This document shows, piece after piece, positions 1 through 12,200 of a stretch of DNA of 64,000 nucleotides. Position numbers and translations under genes: made by a program. Position 1 is the stretch's first letter. Every line of letters starts with the position of its first letter. Under the pieces are notes generated by a model that saw only the letters and a list, made by a program, of their open reading frames with translations, did not search any database and was not told the DNA's origin. The stretch is from Oculina patagonica (Eukaryota): contig NC_135759.1 of the NCBI RefSeq assembly GCF_052425735.1, forward strand, positions 17,608,001 through 17,672,000, read 5' to 3'.

Positions 1-28
1 AGTAATGTTCTCTTTTATTTTATCTTAG

Positions 29-1833
29 GGCTTTAGGAGATCGCGAGTTGGAGACAAGAATCAAAGTGCACATGGAAAAATTAAAAGAACATCGCAATAA
101 AACGTACGGATCAATACAAGAAGAGCTGGAGTCAGCCAGAAGGAACTTGGATATGGTGAGTATAACTTACATTGTATCACTAACCTTACAGTGCGAATCG
201 TTGAACCAAAAGTGACATATTTTTCACACTTATCGCCCTGTTACTTCAAGAATGTTATTTTTTTTTTCGCTGGTTCGTGGTTATAGTAGGCCTTTTGCAC
301 GAATTGGCCACGTAATCGTGTTAATTGCGACAAATGGTTAAAACGAATGATGTACGGGCCCTTCCTCTGGGGCCCTTTTTGATTCTTTTATTGAAACGCG
401 GCCGAATTCGAATGAACGAGAGGGACTGGTTATGAGTGAGAAGCGCAAGGACCGATGGGAGAATAGAATATGTAGATTCTCTTCGACGAAAACTGACTTA
501 AAATCCGCCGCCCACATTTTATAGCTTTTGCATACGTCATTAAAATTTTGTTCGTATAAAACTAGAAGTCTATGTGCTCATAATCATACCTACAAAGATG
601 TGTTTCATACAAAAATGCCGTCCATACCTTATTTCAAATTCTGTGTCATTTCGTCCTTTGAAGTTTTCATCCATTCCTAGTGAAAATTGCATCATTTTCC
701 AAAGTACCTTTTTCCAGGGTAATATCGATACTTGGAGACTATTGTCAATGTTCAGTATATGTGGTAGATATTTCCAAAATATCCTTCAAACAATGTTCAT
801 CCGCCAGTCCGCTTTGAACTAAAGGAGTGGGAAAATGTAAATGAGCTAGTTTGCTGTATGCACGAGGTTTACGTCCGACTTTAGGGCACGTGCAAATTTC
901 ACGATACATTGGGTATCTTTTGTTTTTTTTCGACCCGTTTATTGAAAACAAAAGCAATAGCTCCGGAAAAAAAAATATTCAGAGATGGGATGGGGGTGTT
1001 ACAGACGGGATGTAGGGGGGGGGGGGGAGCGGGCATTGTTCATTCAAGGTCGATTCAAGGGAGTTAAAGCCCGCACAAATGCTGCGCCTTTGCGCACAAT
1101 AGTTTCAATCGATGTGGCTACACCCTGCAGCATTTCCTGCTACATTGCTGACGCGGCCATCAAGCAAGTTATTTTGAACCAAAATGCTAGGGCAGTTATG
1201 CTTTCAGATGAGGAAATTCGCAAAAAGAAAGAGATCGTTGCGATTGGGTAAGCAATCAGGAATAGCCAGAAGACAGGAAAATCGTCGTACTCTATTCTGC
1301 ACTACGTGCGCAATGTTGCAGCTAGTCAACACAACTTGAAAATGTTTCGTGCAAAAGTGCAGAAGTAAAAAGCCATTCTATTTTTTGCGCTCAACAATTT
1401 CAGGGGTACACAAACGGTGCAAATCGGTCAGACATTTCGTGCAACGTTGAACTGTATGCCCTGACCTTTAATCGTTTCGTTTTGATCGCATTCAGGAATA
1501 TAATAGGCACGTTATTGGCCCTGTATTCTGAAAATATGTCACATATATTCACCTCACGCAGTTGAATATATACCGCCTGCTCGATCGTTCACGCTCAATT
1601 TTCCCTTGGTGATCAGTTCGTGTATTCGCTTAACTTGAATGCTGGATACTGTATCAATATTTTAAGAAGAAATTGGATACTAATCATTGGATGTTTTGTT
1701 GCAGGCTCGTCAGCATCAGCGAGAAGTAAACGACAGAAAAGAGTTAGAATATCGCTTGAGAGCCTTCACTGGTGACGAAGTGACGTCATCCCAATGGGGC
1801 GCAAAGACGAAGCCGAAAAATGCTCCTAAATGA
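29..1833 (+). CDS. 3' end (last two coding exons) of an unidentified, probably coiled-coil protein; gene begins upstream of the window
   Basis: Exon 29-155 (ttag|...|gtgag) reads ALGDRELETRIKVHMEKLKEHRNKTYGSIQEELESARRNLDM. It splices in phase 0 to exon 1705-1833 (tgcag|) ARQHQREVNDRKELEYRLRAFTGDEVTSSQWGAKTKPKNAPK*. An AATAAA lies near 2227. Confidence 0.7.
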
Positions 1834-2704
1834 ATACGAGCTGCTGAAAGTCATGTACATACCACTTTAATTTATAATTTTTTGCAGAGTGAAAAAAAAT
1901 AGTGTTTAGATTAATATATGAAATATTAAACGTTATCAGGAGCCCATAAGTGAAGGAGAAAAGAAAAATGTTGCAGATTTAATTTGCCAAAATGACATAT
2001 TTATATGTTTCGAAATAGTGTTTTTTTAAGTTGATTCACTTGTACCTATTCTTAATTCACAGATTTTTTAATAAGGATTTAAAAGTAATCTAAAATCTAT
2101 TGCACCAAAAGTGATTTTTTCAGAGTTAAATTTTGATTAAGGACTATGGTACTAGCTGTTAAAAAAGAAGATTGTTACCACATTGTTGTAAAAGTGACTT
2201 TATTTAAATAATTCACTGACATTTCAAATAAAGTTGTATATACATTTGACTTCTGGCTAACGTTATTTACACTAAAGGAAAAGAAGAAATGAGATGTACA
2301 CTCAATGTTCATTCACAGCCTTATTGGGTTTGGTCACGCAACATTCCCCTCCAGTAACGGCCGTTAGTAAAGAGAAGCGTTACGTGACAGTTTAAACAAC
2401 AACCGACTGCGAATAAGACCATTAAAAATCCCTGACAAAAGTATTTTACTATACAACAGAACCCTTGCAGTGAATAAATTATATACAGAATGTTATCACG
2501 CCTTTGAGAAGAAACAACTTTAAATATAGACAAAGAAAGGTAACTATATACAGTCATTTTCAACATGGTGAAGTTTAAACGTCGACCTACAGTCGCTCGC
2601 CTCTAATGATTTTCCATTGGAGTACAGTAGTTTGATTGACGGCAGCTAAGCCAACCGATGGTCAACGTTTGAACTACTTGGTTCGCAATAGCGAAGCCCG
2701 CGAG

Positions 2705-2719
2705 TGACGTCATGACTCA
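2705..2719. promoter_or_regulatory. Adjacent CRE (TGACGTCA) and AP-1 (TGACTCA) motifs
   Basis: tgacgtca 2705-2712 is directly followed by tgactca 2713-2719. Motif match only; target gene unknown. Confidence 0.3.
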
Positions 2720-3033
2720 GACAAGACTCAGCCAAACAAACCAGAATGGCGGACGATTTCCTGAAACACTTTCTTAAACAGACAGTGTTCCTAAGACACT
2801 TTGTTAAAACGAAAACTTCGCCTAGATTCCTTCTATTCCTCTCAGAACACGCTAATGTTTTCTGAGCCTCATGGGGGTATATTCATTTGCATTCTATTTT
2901 CAGACCTCGCGCGCTTCGCTATTGGCGCCTATCAAGCCGCAAACAATGCAGCAAATCAATTAGAACTCAAGTGTTAAAACTTCCCAAGAGATTTGTAAGT
3001 AAGTTTTTTTGTCAAATTAAGGTGAATTAAAAA

Positions 3034-3762
3034 AGGCACAATCAGGCAGCTTTACTGTTTTTAAAAGACTGGCTGTGTAAATCGACATAAAGTTGCGAAG
3101 TACTAAATTGACAGTGTCCAAATAGCGTGGAAAAGTAGCTAAATTGATTTCCTGCAATGTTCACAATTTCCTTCAAATCAAACTGGAAAAGATTAAGACA
3201 GTGCTAGATTTCGAACGATAAACTGTAGACGAAGATGTGCCTTCCATTACGCATCCAGAAAACGTAAAGCAGTTTCTTTATTTGCTTTAAAGGGACACTC
3301 ATGAGGATTTTTCTGCGTTTTGGTAAAAAGTGCTAAAATTTGCGAAGTAATCTTCAAACATGAAATGCACCTAGCTAGTACATCAAGATGAAGATATAAA
3401 GTTAATTGATGTTGAAGGAAGAAGGGAGCATTATCGAAGCATTACTATTTTTTATCTGTTTGGTCAGGCAACAAGGACAGAACTTGAAAAAATCAGCCTG
3501 ACTTTTACAAGTTGAGATCTTACGTTCCTGATGGCATCGCAATAATATAACTTGTTTATAGCTTCAGTACACTGGCATAGCAATTTTTAACAAAACTTCA
3601 CCACTATTTGTAAGATTCCCTATGTTTCTTGGCTCTTGGATTTTTGACGTAAAACTCGTGACAGTGTCACTTTAATTTGGCTACTGATGAGAAAATTTAA
3701 TTAAATGTAGACGCGAAGTTAAATTTCACAACAGACATTAGGTTAGATTTCACAACAGACAT
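3034..3762 (+). repeat. Diverged copy of the GPCR 3' end and 3' flank (relic of a tandem duplication; second copy about 5300-5605)
   Basis: aggcacaatcaggcagctttactgttttttaaaagactggctgtgtaaatcgacataaagttg...gccttccattacgcatcca matches 5301-5498. After the inserted MITE, gatgagaaaa...aaatgtaga...ttcacaaca(g/a)acatt matches about 5553-5605. Confidence 0.8.
3291..3671. mobile_element. Non-autonomous Kolobok-like DNA transposon (TTAA target)
   Basis: ttaa|agggacactcatgag ... ctcgtgacagtgtcact|ttaa. Imperfect TIRs with AG..CT termini and TTAA TSD; absent from the paralogous flank near 5500. Confidence 0.7.
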
Positions 3763-4435
3763 TATATAAATGTTTGCCGTTTGCCTTCAAACCACCTGTC
3801 GGTAGCATCTTAACGTCAACTCAAGATTCAAAATCATGCACGCTAGCCAGAAAACGTTGCATAATCAAATCATAATAATCATAATTAAATTAACGACAGA
3901 GAACGTTTCGACCTAAACGTCCACTAGAGAGATAACAAGTGACTAAGCCGACAGCCCCTAACATCTTAGCCAACAGCCGCAACTGTAATTGACTTGTACA
4001 GAAGAAACGTTTTCTAGGAAAGACATTTTTAAGGTTTATGTTAACGGGAAAATTCAATTTCCATTTCAGATCACCTGCACTTGTAAGCGGAAGTGTTTAG
4101 AGGAAATGAATTCTTGACTAATGTGCACGCCATCAGACTGCGCAACAACAAAATTGTTTGTTTTGTCAACGACAACAAACTTTACCTTCAAATTTTCACA
4201 GTGATTTAGGAATTTTTAGCAGAGCATAGCTGAACTATTTTCCCATAATATTATAAAACATCGATTATGTTTAGATACACTTAGTCAGCAAAAGTGGGCG
4301 TGTTAGCAGTGACATATGAAATCATCATCTCAAATAACAAAGCAACAAGCTGATGTTATTTTCTTAACGGTTCGGAACTTTCTCAACTTCAAGCACTCTT
4401 CCTGGCAAGCTTACTTTTCTTACTACCCAAGAGCA

Positions 4436-5331
4436 ATGCCGAACTTTACTGGAGAAGAAAACTACACAAGCAACCTGAGCCAAGCACTCAGCGCACCACC
4501 AGCAGGCATAACTGAATTTCTGTCAGCTTTGAACATTTTTCTTTCCATCACCGCAGCTTTGGGAAATGTTCTGATCCTTTATGCTCTTAAGAATGTCTCT
4601 TCTATTTATCCTCCGACAAAACTTTTCTTTCGATGTCTGGCGGTCACTGATCTTTGCGTTGGTCTTATTGTACAACCACTATATACGACCCGCATTATAT
4701 CTCGTATTGTAAAGATGAATGTGAATGTGCTGTACTACGTTAACAACGTTTGGGCAGCTTCAACGTTTATTTTATGTGTAGTATCTGCCTTGACGTCGAC
4801 AGCAATAAGTTTGGACAGGCTTTTCGCACTTTGTGGACTGAGATACAGACATGTCGTAACGTTAAGGCGAGTGCGTGTAGTCATAACTTGTTTTTGGCTA
4901 ATTGCTATTCCAAGTGGATGGCTCCGGGTATGGAGAGAAGATATTGCAATTAAGGCAGCCACTGTTGGATTAATACTTTGTCTGCTAACTTCGATTTTCT
5001 GTTACACGAGGATCCACCTCAAATTACGACAATACAAAACAATGCCCTTCACGGGCAACAGAAAGGACAAAGGATTCCACTAAACATAGCAAGATACAAA
5101 AAGACAGTTTCCACCATTATGTGGGTGCAGTTGGCATTAGTTGCCTGCTATGTTCCGTGGGGCATTGTGGCTGTACTTTACGCGAATGGAATTGAACATG
5201 ATGTGGCTTGGTTAGCTACAGAGACACTCGTCTACTTCAACTCATCTCTAAACCCGATCTTGTACTGTTGGAAAATCAAGAAAGTGAAACAAGCAGTTAA
5301 AGGCATGATCAGGCAGTTTTTCTGTTTTTAA
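4436..5331 (+). pseudogene. Intronless rhodopsin-class GPCR (cnidarian-expanded adenosine/melanocortin-receptor-like type), frameshifted in ICL3
   Basis: Motifs GNVLIL (TM1), LAVTDLCVG (TM2), AISLDRL (TM3), RYRHVVTLRRV, CYVP (TM6) and NSSLNPILYCW (TM7). TM1-5 lie in ORF 4316-5083 and TM6-7 in ORF 4978-5331, with the frame switch near 5032-5036. Confidence 0.85.
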
Positions 5332-6205
5332 AAGACTAGCTGTGTAGATCGACATAAAGTTGAAAAATACAATTGACAGTCTCTGAATAGCGGTGAAAAA
5401 AGGAGCTAAACAATGTACAAAATTACCATTAAATCGAACTGGAAATGATTAAAACTGTAGACAAAGATGCGGATCATGCGCCTTCCATTACGCATCCATT
5501 TGGTCAAATACTGACCTAGCAACTTTGTTTTAACGTTACTTGCTAAGCCTCCGATGAGAAAACTTTTATAAATGTAGATAAGAGGTTAGGCTTCACAACA
5601 AACATTCAACAGTTCATGACGAATTCTCTTTGGATGAGTGCAAATCTATTATATTTTGACCTATACCAAAGTAAGAACTTTTGCTAACAGTTTAAGTAAG
5701 TGTGATAATTTGTTTGATAGGGTAACACAAAATATAAAATAAAATCTGGCCAATTTTTTTCGAAAAAAAAAAAAAAGAGATCTTTTGTATCCCACCACTG
5801 CGATTGGCATTGCTGCCAAAGAATGAAGTTGAAATAACAACATGAAATCTGTGACTGAAGAGTGGAAAAGATGAAGTAAATTTGTATCTTGTGTAACCAT
5901 TAAGAAGCATGGTTTACAGGAGTGTTGTTAGCTTTACACTCTTGGCCGCCAAACAAGAAGGCGAACAAACACTCTTAGCTTGCGTAGCAGGCTAAGAGTG
6001 TGTCCCCCACTCCTTCGTTTTCACTCCTCGAACTCTCACAATCCTCCTACTACCCCTACCCCTTTTTACGCCATTTTAAACTCTATGATTGGCTGCTGTT
6101 TACCTTTCTCTATAAAGGTCAACTAAAGCAGACACAAAACCTTACTTTGATTTTTTAAAAAAAAACAATAATAATAAAAGTATTGGAAAGTCACTCAAAG
6201 ACACT

Positions 6206-9200
6206 TCACTTCTGTTCGCTCTCCCCTGCTTCCTGTTCGACTATATTAATAACCGGAAACACGTGTTGTTCTTGTGCTGCCAGACGGCCTCTCTGTTCCA
6301 GTTCCTGCTCGATCTGTTGTAATCTTCTGTACTTGCTGACGTGCTCAGCCCGGACTGGACCACCGAGTTTAATGAAACGCGCTCCAAAAGCCACGGCCTG
6401 AAGAATGAAAAGATTAACGTTACTTGAGAAAGCGATTATTGCTATGAAGAAACTAAACAAAAACCTAAAGAACCAACCAAGGTGCAACCTTGTGCGCAAT
6501 TTCTAAGGCTATGTTTACACGGGACCGGTTCCAAACGGATCCAGTCCGATTTTCAGACCGGATAGGCCTTCTGTTTACATGGGCCCATTCTGGAACCGGT
6601 CCGGAACGGATCCAAAACTGGACCTGCTATTTTGCAGGTCCAGTTATGGTTCCGTTCCGGACCGGATCTAGAACGGTCCCGTGTAAACACTTGGATCGGT
6701 TCCAAACGGTTCCATGTGAACAGAAGCCGATCCGGTCCGGTCCCGTGTAAACATAGCCTACGTTGATGGGTTGTCCATCCCTGAAGTTGTTGCGTACAAA
6801 TTAATGCGACAACTTCGAGGTAAAATGATAGAGTAGAAACAGGGATGGACTTTGTTGCGCGCAGTGTTGCACGGTGTGTTCGGGTCCAAATACAGCTACA
6901 AGGACGGTTAGAAAGAGATTGTGACTGCTCAACGATGATCCATACAAATACAGATGGCAGTTTTTTTAAAGTAGTTTTTGTGAATTCTAAAAACGGAGTT
7001 ACAGCTTTTACACGCGCACAAACGCACGCGCCAAAAGCACGCACACACACGCAGCGCATGCACGCGCACGCACCGTTTGTTACATCACAGTTGGCACAGT
7101 GACATAGTTTGTTGAAGGTTTGTCGCTGACTGTGTTTTGATGTTATTTTTTCAAGACGTTTCGGCTATTGCTTAAGCCTTCATCAGTTAAAAAATCAAAG
7201 CTTTCACACGCGATTTAAAAAATAGCAGCACGTTAGCGCGCGCTTTAAAAATAACGTGTAAAAGTTTGAAACAAAAGAAAACGTGGCGCGAAACTCATGC
7301 GCGTGACAAGGATTTGTAAACCTCTGGGATGACAGCATGGTCGTTCCCAGAGTGCGTATCCTTTATGGACAACCAGGCTTCCAAAAAGAGTCGCTTGTGG
7401 TAATTTCGCTCATGTCCAACTACATTGACGGCATTGAAATCCATGTGGTGATTATTTTCATGTACATGACAGGAGATCTTTGAGTCATGGTCGAACATGG
7501 CCACTGCTCGTTTGTGTTCCGCAATGAAAATAATCACCACATGGATTTCAATGCCGTCAATGTAGTTGGACATGAGCGAAATTACCACAAGCGACTCTTT
7601 TTGGAAGCCTGGTTGTCCATAAAGGATACGCACTCTGGGAACGACCATGCTGTCATCCCAGAGGTTTACAAATCCTTGTCACGCGCATGAGTTTCGCGCC
7701 ACGTTTTCTTTTGTTTCAAACTTTTACACGTTATTTTTAAAGCGCGCGCTAACGTGCTGCTATTTTTTAAATCGCGTGTGAAAGCTTTGATTTTTTAACT
7801 GATGAAGGCTTAAGCAATAGCCGAAACGTCTTGAAAAAATAACATCAAAACACAGTCAGCGACAAACCTTCAACAAACTATGTCTTCCCCTGACTACAAT
7901 TACACTATTTTCAATGGCACAGTGACAGTTGCATTTTAACATGGATCCACGATTTTAACCACTGAGAAAGAGGCAGCAACCTCGATACGTCTGGCTTTTT
8001 CTTCTTTTTTTTTTCCAATTATATTTTTGGCGCACATTTAATTAAACAACTGTTGGAGTTACATGTACAAATCTACCGAAAAAGGGGAAATTACTGAAGC
8101 GGTGAACACAGATGTAGCACTCTTAACCGATTGATCACGGTATGTGAAAAGAATTGTCGTTTTAAAAGTCATAAACACCTCTACTGCATATGAGATTGAA
8201 GGTTTTTTCCCCTGCGGTAGTATCCTTAGGAAATATCAGTAAAACAAAGAAGTTACGCTAAAAATACTTTCTTGTTCTGCGGCTCGCGTTTTTCCTTTCC
8301 TTTTTTTCTTTGCGTTATTAAGGCCCCGTTTACACGGGTCCGGACAAATTTTTGCATGGACGAATTTTGTTCCTGGACCGCCTGTTTACATGGATCCGTG
8401 CAAATTCTGTTACAGATTGCAGTGGTGTTTACACGGATCCGTGCAAATTTTAGACCAGTCGCGGCATGTGAATGGCTTTTTTACGTCTCTGTTGTGATTG
8501 GTTATCGCTAATGTTTTAAGCCAATCATGTTGCAGCTGATGCAGTACGCGACAAATCAAACATGGCGGCAGACAAAAACTTTGGCTTTGGCTTTCTGGCC
8601 CGTGACTTTTTCCTCGGTTGGTTGTTTCGTAAGCTGTACATGCTCACAAAGAAATTCAAACGTGTAAGATGCCTCGATCGATGAAGAAGATCGGAAACAA
8701 AAGCCATTTGCAGCAACGTGTACTGCAAAAGCCCGCCTAATCCGGCCAAAATAGCGATGCATGCTGCTGCCGCTCGTCTCCTCATATCTGCATTTGTTTC
8801 TTTTGTCTTAAATTTAACAAAATGGAACAAAATGTTTCATTTTCGATAGGCAACCAGGCAAAACATAACTAGATTCCAGGCCTTAACAACGCTATCTGAG
8901 CAAAAAGTTGCACGGTTCGGGTGTTTACACGAGTCCGTACGAAATATGGAACCGTGCCGGTCAAAAAGTCGACCTGCTTTTTTCAGGTCCCAAACTTGCA
9001 CACTTAGCCGTTCAAAAATTCGTCCAGTTCCGCCGGTCCCGTGTAAACGCAAGGTGGAACCGTGCAAGTTTTTGTCCGTGCAAAAATTTGTCCGGACCCG
9101 TGTAAACGGGGCCTAATATAAGGTCCAAGATAACGGCTTTCGTTACTTTTAAGGGACTCGCGCTATATAGGAAAAATAACTGTCTGAATGCACGCGCAAA

Positions 9201-12200
9201 ATGGCGTAAACACGGTAAGTGAATTTACTTTTAATTTACAAATTTAGAACGAGACAAAGAAGGCAATTTTTTAGAATTAACAAATTTAGAACGAGTAAAA
9301 GAAGACAATATCTCGCACTAACAAATCAAAAGTGTCATCGTAACGACCTCTGTACATACAAATTTCTTCGTTCTTTGGAGTCCACGGTCATAAATGTGTT
9401 TAAAGTTTATCTTGTAAATCCTTATTCTTTGCAGATAACTACTAGACATTTAGTATTTTGTAGCAACTCTGAGTTTTAACTTTCCAACTTGGCTTAAAAA
9501 CAAACGAGCTCAGTTTGCGTGAATGATGTAGAATTTACGCAGACCGATTGTTTACTCGAAAATCAAAGCGAAACAAGCAAACCAAAAAAATCAAAATAAA
9601 CAAAACAAAAAGAGCGAATCGGGTAGCAGTTAGCTGCAAAACACGACCGCCTTTAAACAGTCAGACCCGCCTTATGCACTTGACATTTGACTCAATGAGA
9701 GTAATGGATAAAAATACCGGTTTTATGATTTCACCCGTAAACACCGACACATATAGTGAGAGAAAACATATTACAAGTCAGTTATCAGAAAGGAAAGAAA
9801 GCGCTTGTGAACGCTCTAACAGAAAATGACTCTGCACAGTATTTTTCTGAAATGTATTGTGCTTATTTCTTGTACCTGTCATTTGGGCCAAGTTCTTGTG
9901 TATTCGCTACCAGCAGGTAAGACTGAATATTTAATACTGTTGCTATTCTCGCGAGGAAAACATCATTTTCCCCGTGGTAGATTTCATATGAAAATATTTT
10001 ATTGTTCCTGACTAACATATTATAGTTCCAGTCGAATCTGTGAGAGTTTGGTGTGGTTAATCAACACCAAACTAACTCTGTTGATGTTTCTTTCAATACA
10101 ACAACAGGTGGCCAGTTTAGCTGACTACAGAACTGGAGCTAATTTTAGTCGACATTGAATTTCCTTCGTCCAAACCCCTGTTAGACGTTTTTTTTTTAAG
10201 GTGCCTGAAATTCTAAAATGCAATAACAGTGAAAATTTCTTTAAGACCTGTTCATGGGTAAGCAAATCGCAAATGTTTCCATGTCGGTTCAGATCTCCGT
10301 TTAAGAGATAAAACGTTTTGAAATTTGATCGAATTGGTAACGGTCCGAGCCACTTTAAAAACAATATCAACTGTCACAAAAGCCAATCCGAGCCATGGAA
10401 TCAAGTTAAGAGTTTGATTCTTTGAAAATGGGAACCACGAAAGGTTTTTAAAATACAAATCGAGTTTGAAAGTACATTAATACATTAAATATCACAAAAT
10501 TATTGCAACTGAGCTTCTTAACTAAGAAATGGAATCCAAGAAAGAAATTCTGCCTTTGAAAAACATAATTTGCGTCCGCTCGATGTTTGTTCTGACAGTA
10601 CAGCAATTAATCTGCAACAAAGTAATTTTTATTCCCTCCCCAATCTTGTTTATGAGTAATTAGTATTTTACCGGTATTTTTTCTAGTATTTTTAGCCTTG
10701 CTTCAATCTAAAAATAATTTAACTTTTTAACTTAATACTGTCTCTGAGACTTCACCTCTTATAATAAAACCGTACTGAAAAATGTTAGACAAGTTTCACT
10801 AAAGGTTGACGATTTTACGTTTTGGGCAATTTGACTACCTTTCTTCTGACATAAAAAAGAATTAAAATATGTCAGTCCGGAGTTTGTTTTCCTGGGTTAC
10901 CATGCGTTCCAGGCTCTTCTGTTATAAATTATGACACGTACATGAAGGTGGAATACTCTTTTCTTCGTAATAAGCCATTTTCGAGTTACCCTTTGCTTCC
11001 GTTTCAAAACTAGTTACATACGAATCCAAAACGAGTTACATACGAATCCATGCGTTTCCCCTATATGTCCATTTTCATGCAAATCAAACTCATTTTCATT
11101 TGAATGGTTTCGCAGGTAGACTCGTTTTGAAACAGAGGCAAAGGGTAACTCGGAAATAACCTATTATGCCCAAAACATTTCTTCTACGAACGGGAAAAGC
11201 TTCTATCCTATTACAATTTACTTCAGTTTAACTGCCATTTCCTTCTTAGGATCGTGTGGTGTGAGACCAGAGTGGGCTGAGCAGGCATCTGACAAGAGGA
11301 TCACTGGGGGACACGAAGCTAAACCCGGTAGCTGGCCTTGGATGACGAACATTTTTGTAACGGGGCTAGGAGAGTACTTCAAATGTGGGGCTGCTCTGAT
11401 ATCGGACCGCTGGGTCCTCACAGCGGCTCACTGTACGATCGCCAACGTTGGGCCAATAATGGCACCCGCCAGTAAATATCCAGAAGTGTTAAGGGTAATT
11501 TGCGTTCCATGTCAGTTTAACATAACATCGTTTAACTAGCTTATCATAGTGAAATTAAACCGCTTAATGCGGTCAGATGATTGTACGAAATAGGCCCTTT
11601 CCACGGACCGGACACCAAATAAAACATATACAAAATATGTGGTATAGCACAACGAAGACACTTGTTTAGAAGATTCATCACGTGCAACGGCGGTCGACGG
11701 TCAACATTCGCGGGTAACAGCGCACCCTCTGACGACATAGATTTTGCAATGTTGTCCGCTCAGAGACTTTTGGCGGGAAACAGTTTTATTGTTAAGATGT
11801 CATGTGACCTCGAAGTAGCCAATAAGAGCGCGCGCTGTTGGGGAAAACTTCAGCTATATAACAACAACCATGGTGCACTGCAAACGAATGCAACAGACAG
11901 TCAGCAGTCAAAACAAAGTAGCTCGCACCAGTCAGTCTTGATTTCCTTCATTTTGGTCTTGTCGCTTTCCTGACTCTTTTTTATAAATCAACCAAGCAGG
12001 ACAGTGGTTGATTTTGTAAAGACATATGACCATGTTCGAGTCATGGGTCAATTCCCTGGACATTTTTGTGTCCAAGAAGTGATAAACATTCATATTCTTC
12101 CTACAATAGATTGCGTTTGCCAAGCAAAAAAAATGAGAATAAAGAAAACAATCAAAAAGGGGATATTGTCTTAATGAACCAACCAATTATTATTACTAAC

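Larger units (their letters stand above)
7101..7914. mobile_element. 5'-truncated Penelope-like retroelement with inverted arrangement (GIY-YIG endonuclease C-terminus plus pLTR, twice)
   Basis: Apparently perfect 361-bp inverted repeat (7101-7461 / 7524-7884). Encodes ..[43 protein letters not shown].., typical of the PLE GIY-YIG C-terminus. Direct repeat tggcacagtgaca at 7092-7104 and 7915-7927 is the likely TSD. Confidence 0.88.

Noticed and set aside
6490-7102. Overlapping ORFs of 85-168 aa
   Set aside because: They derive from a palindromic MITE and a (CA/CG)-rich low-complexity tract; no protein motifs.
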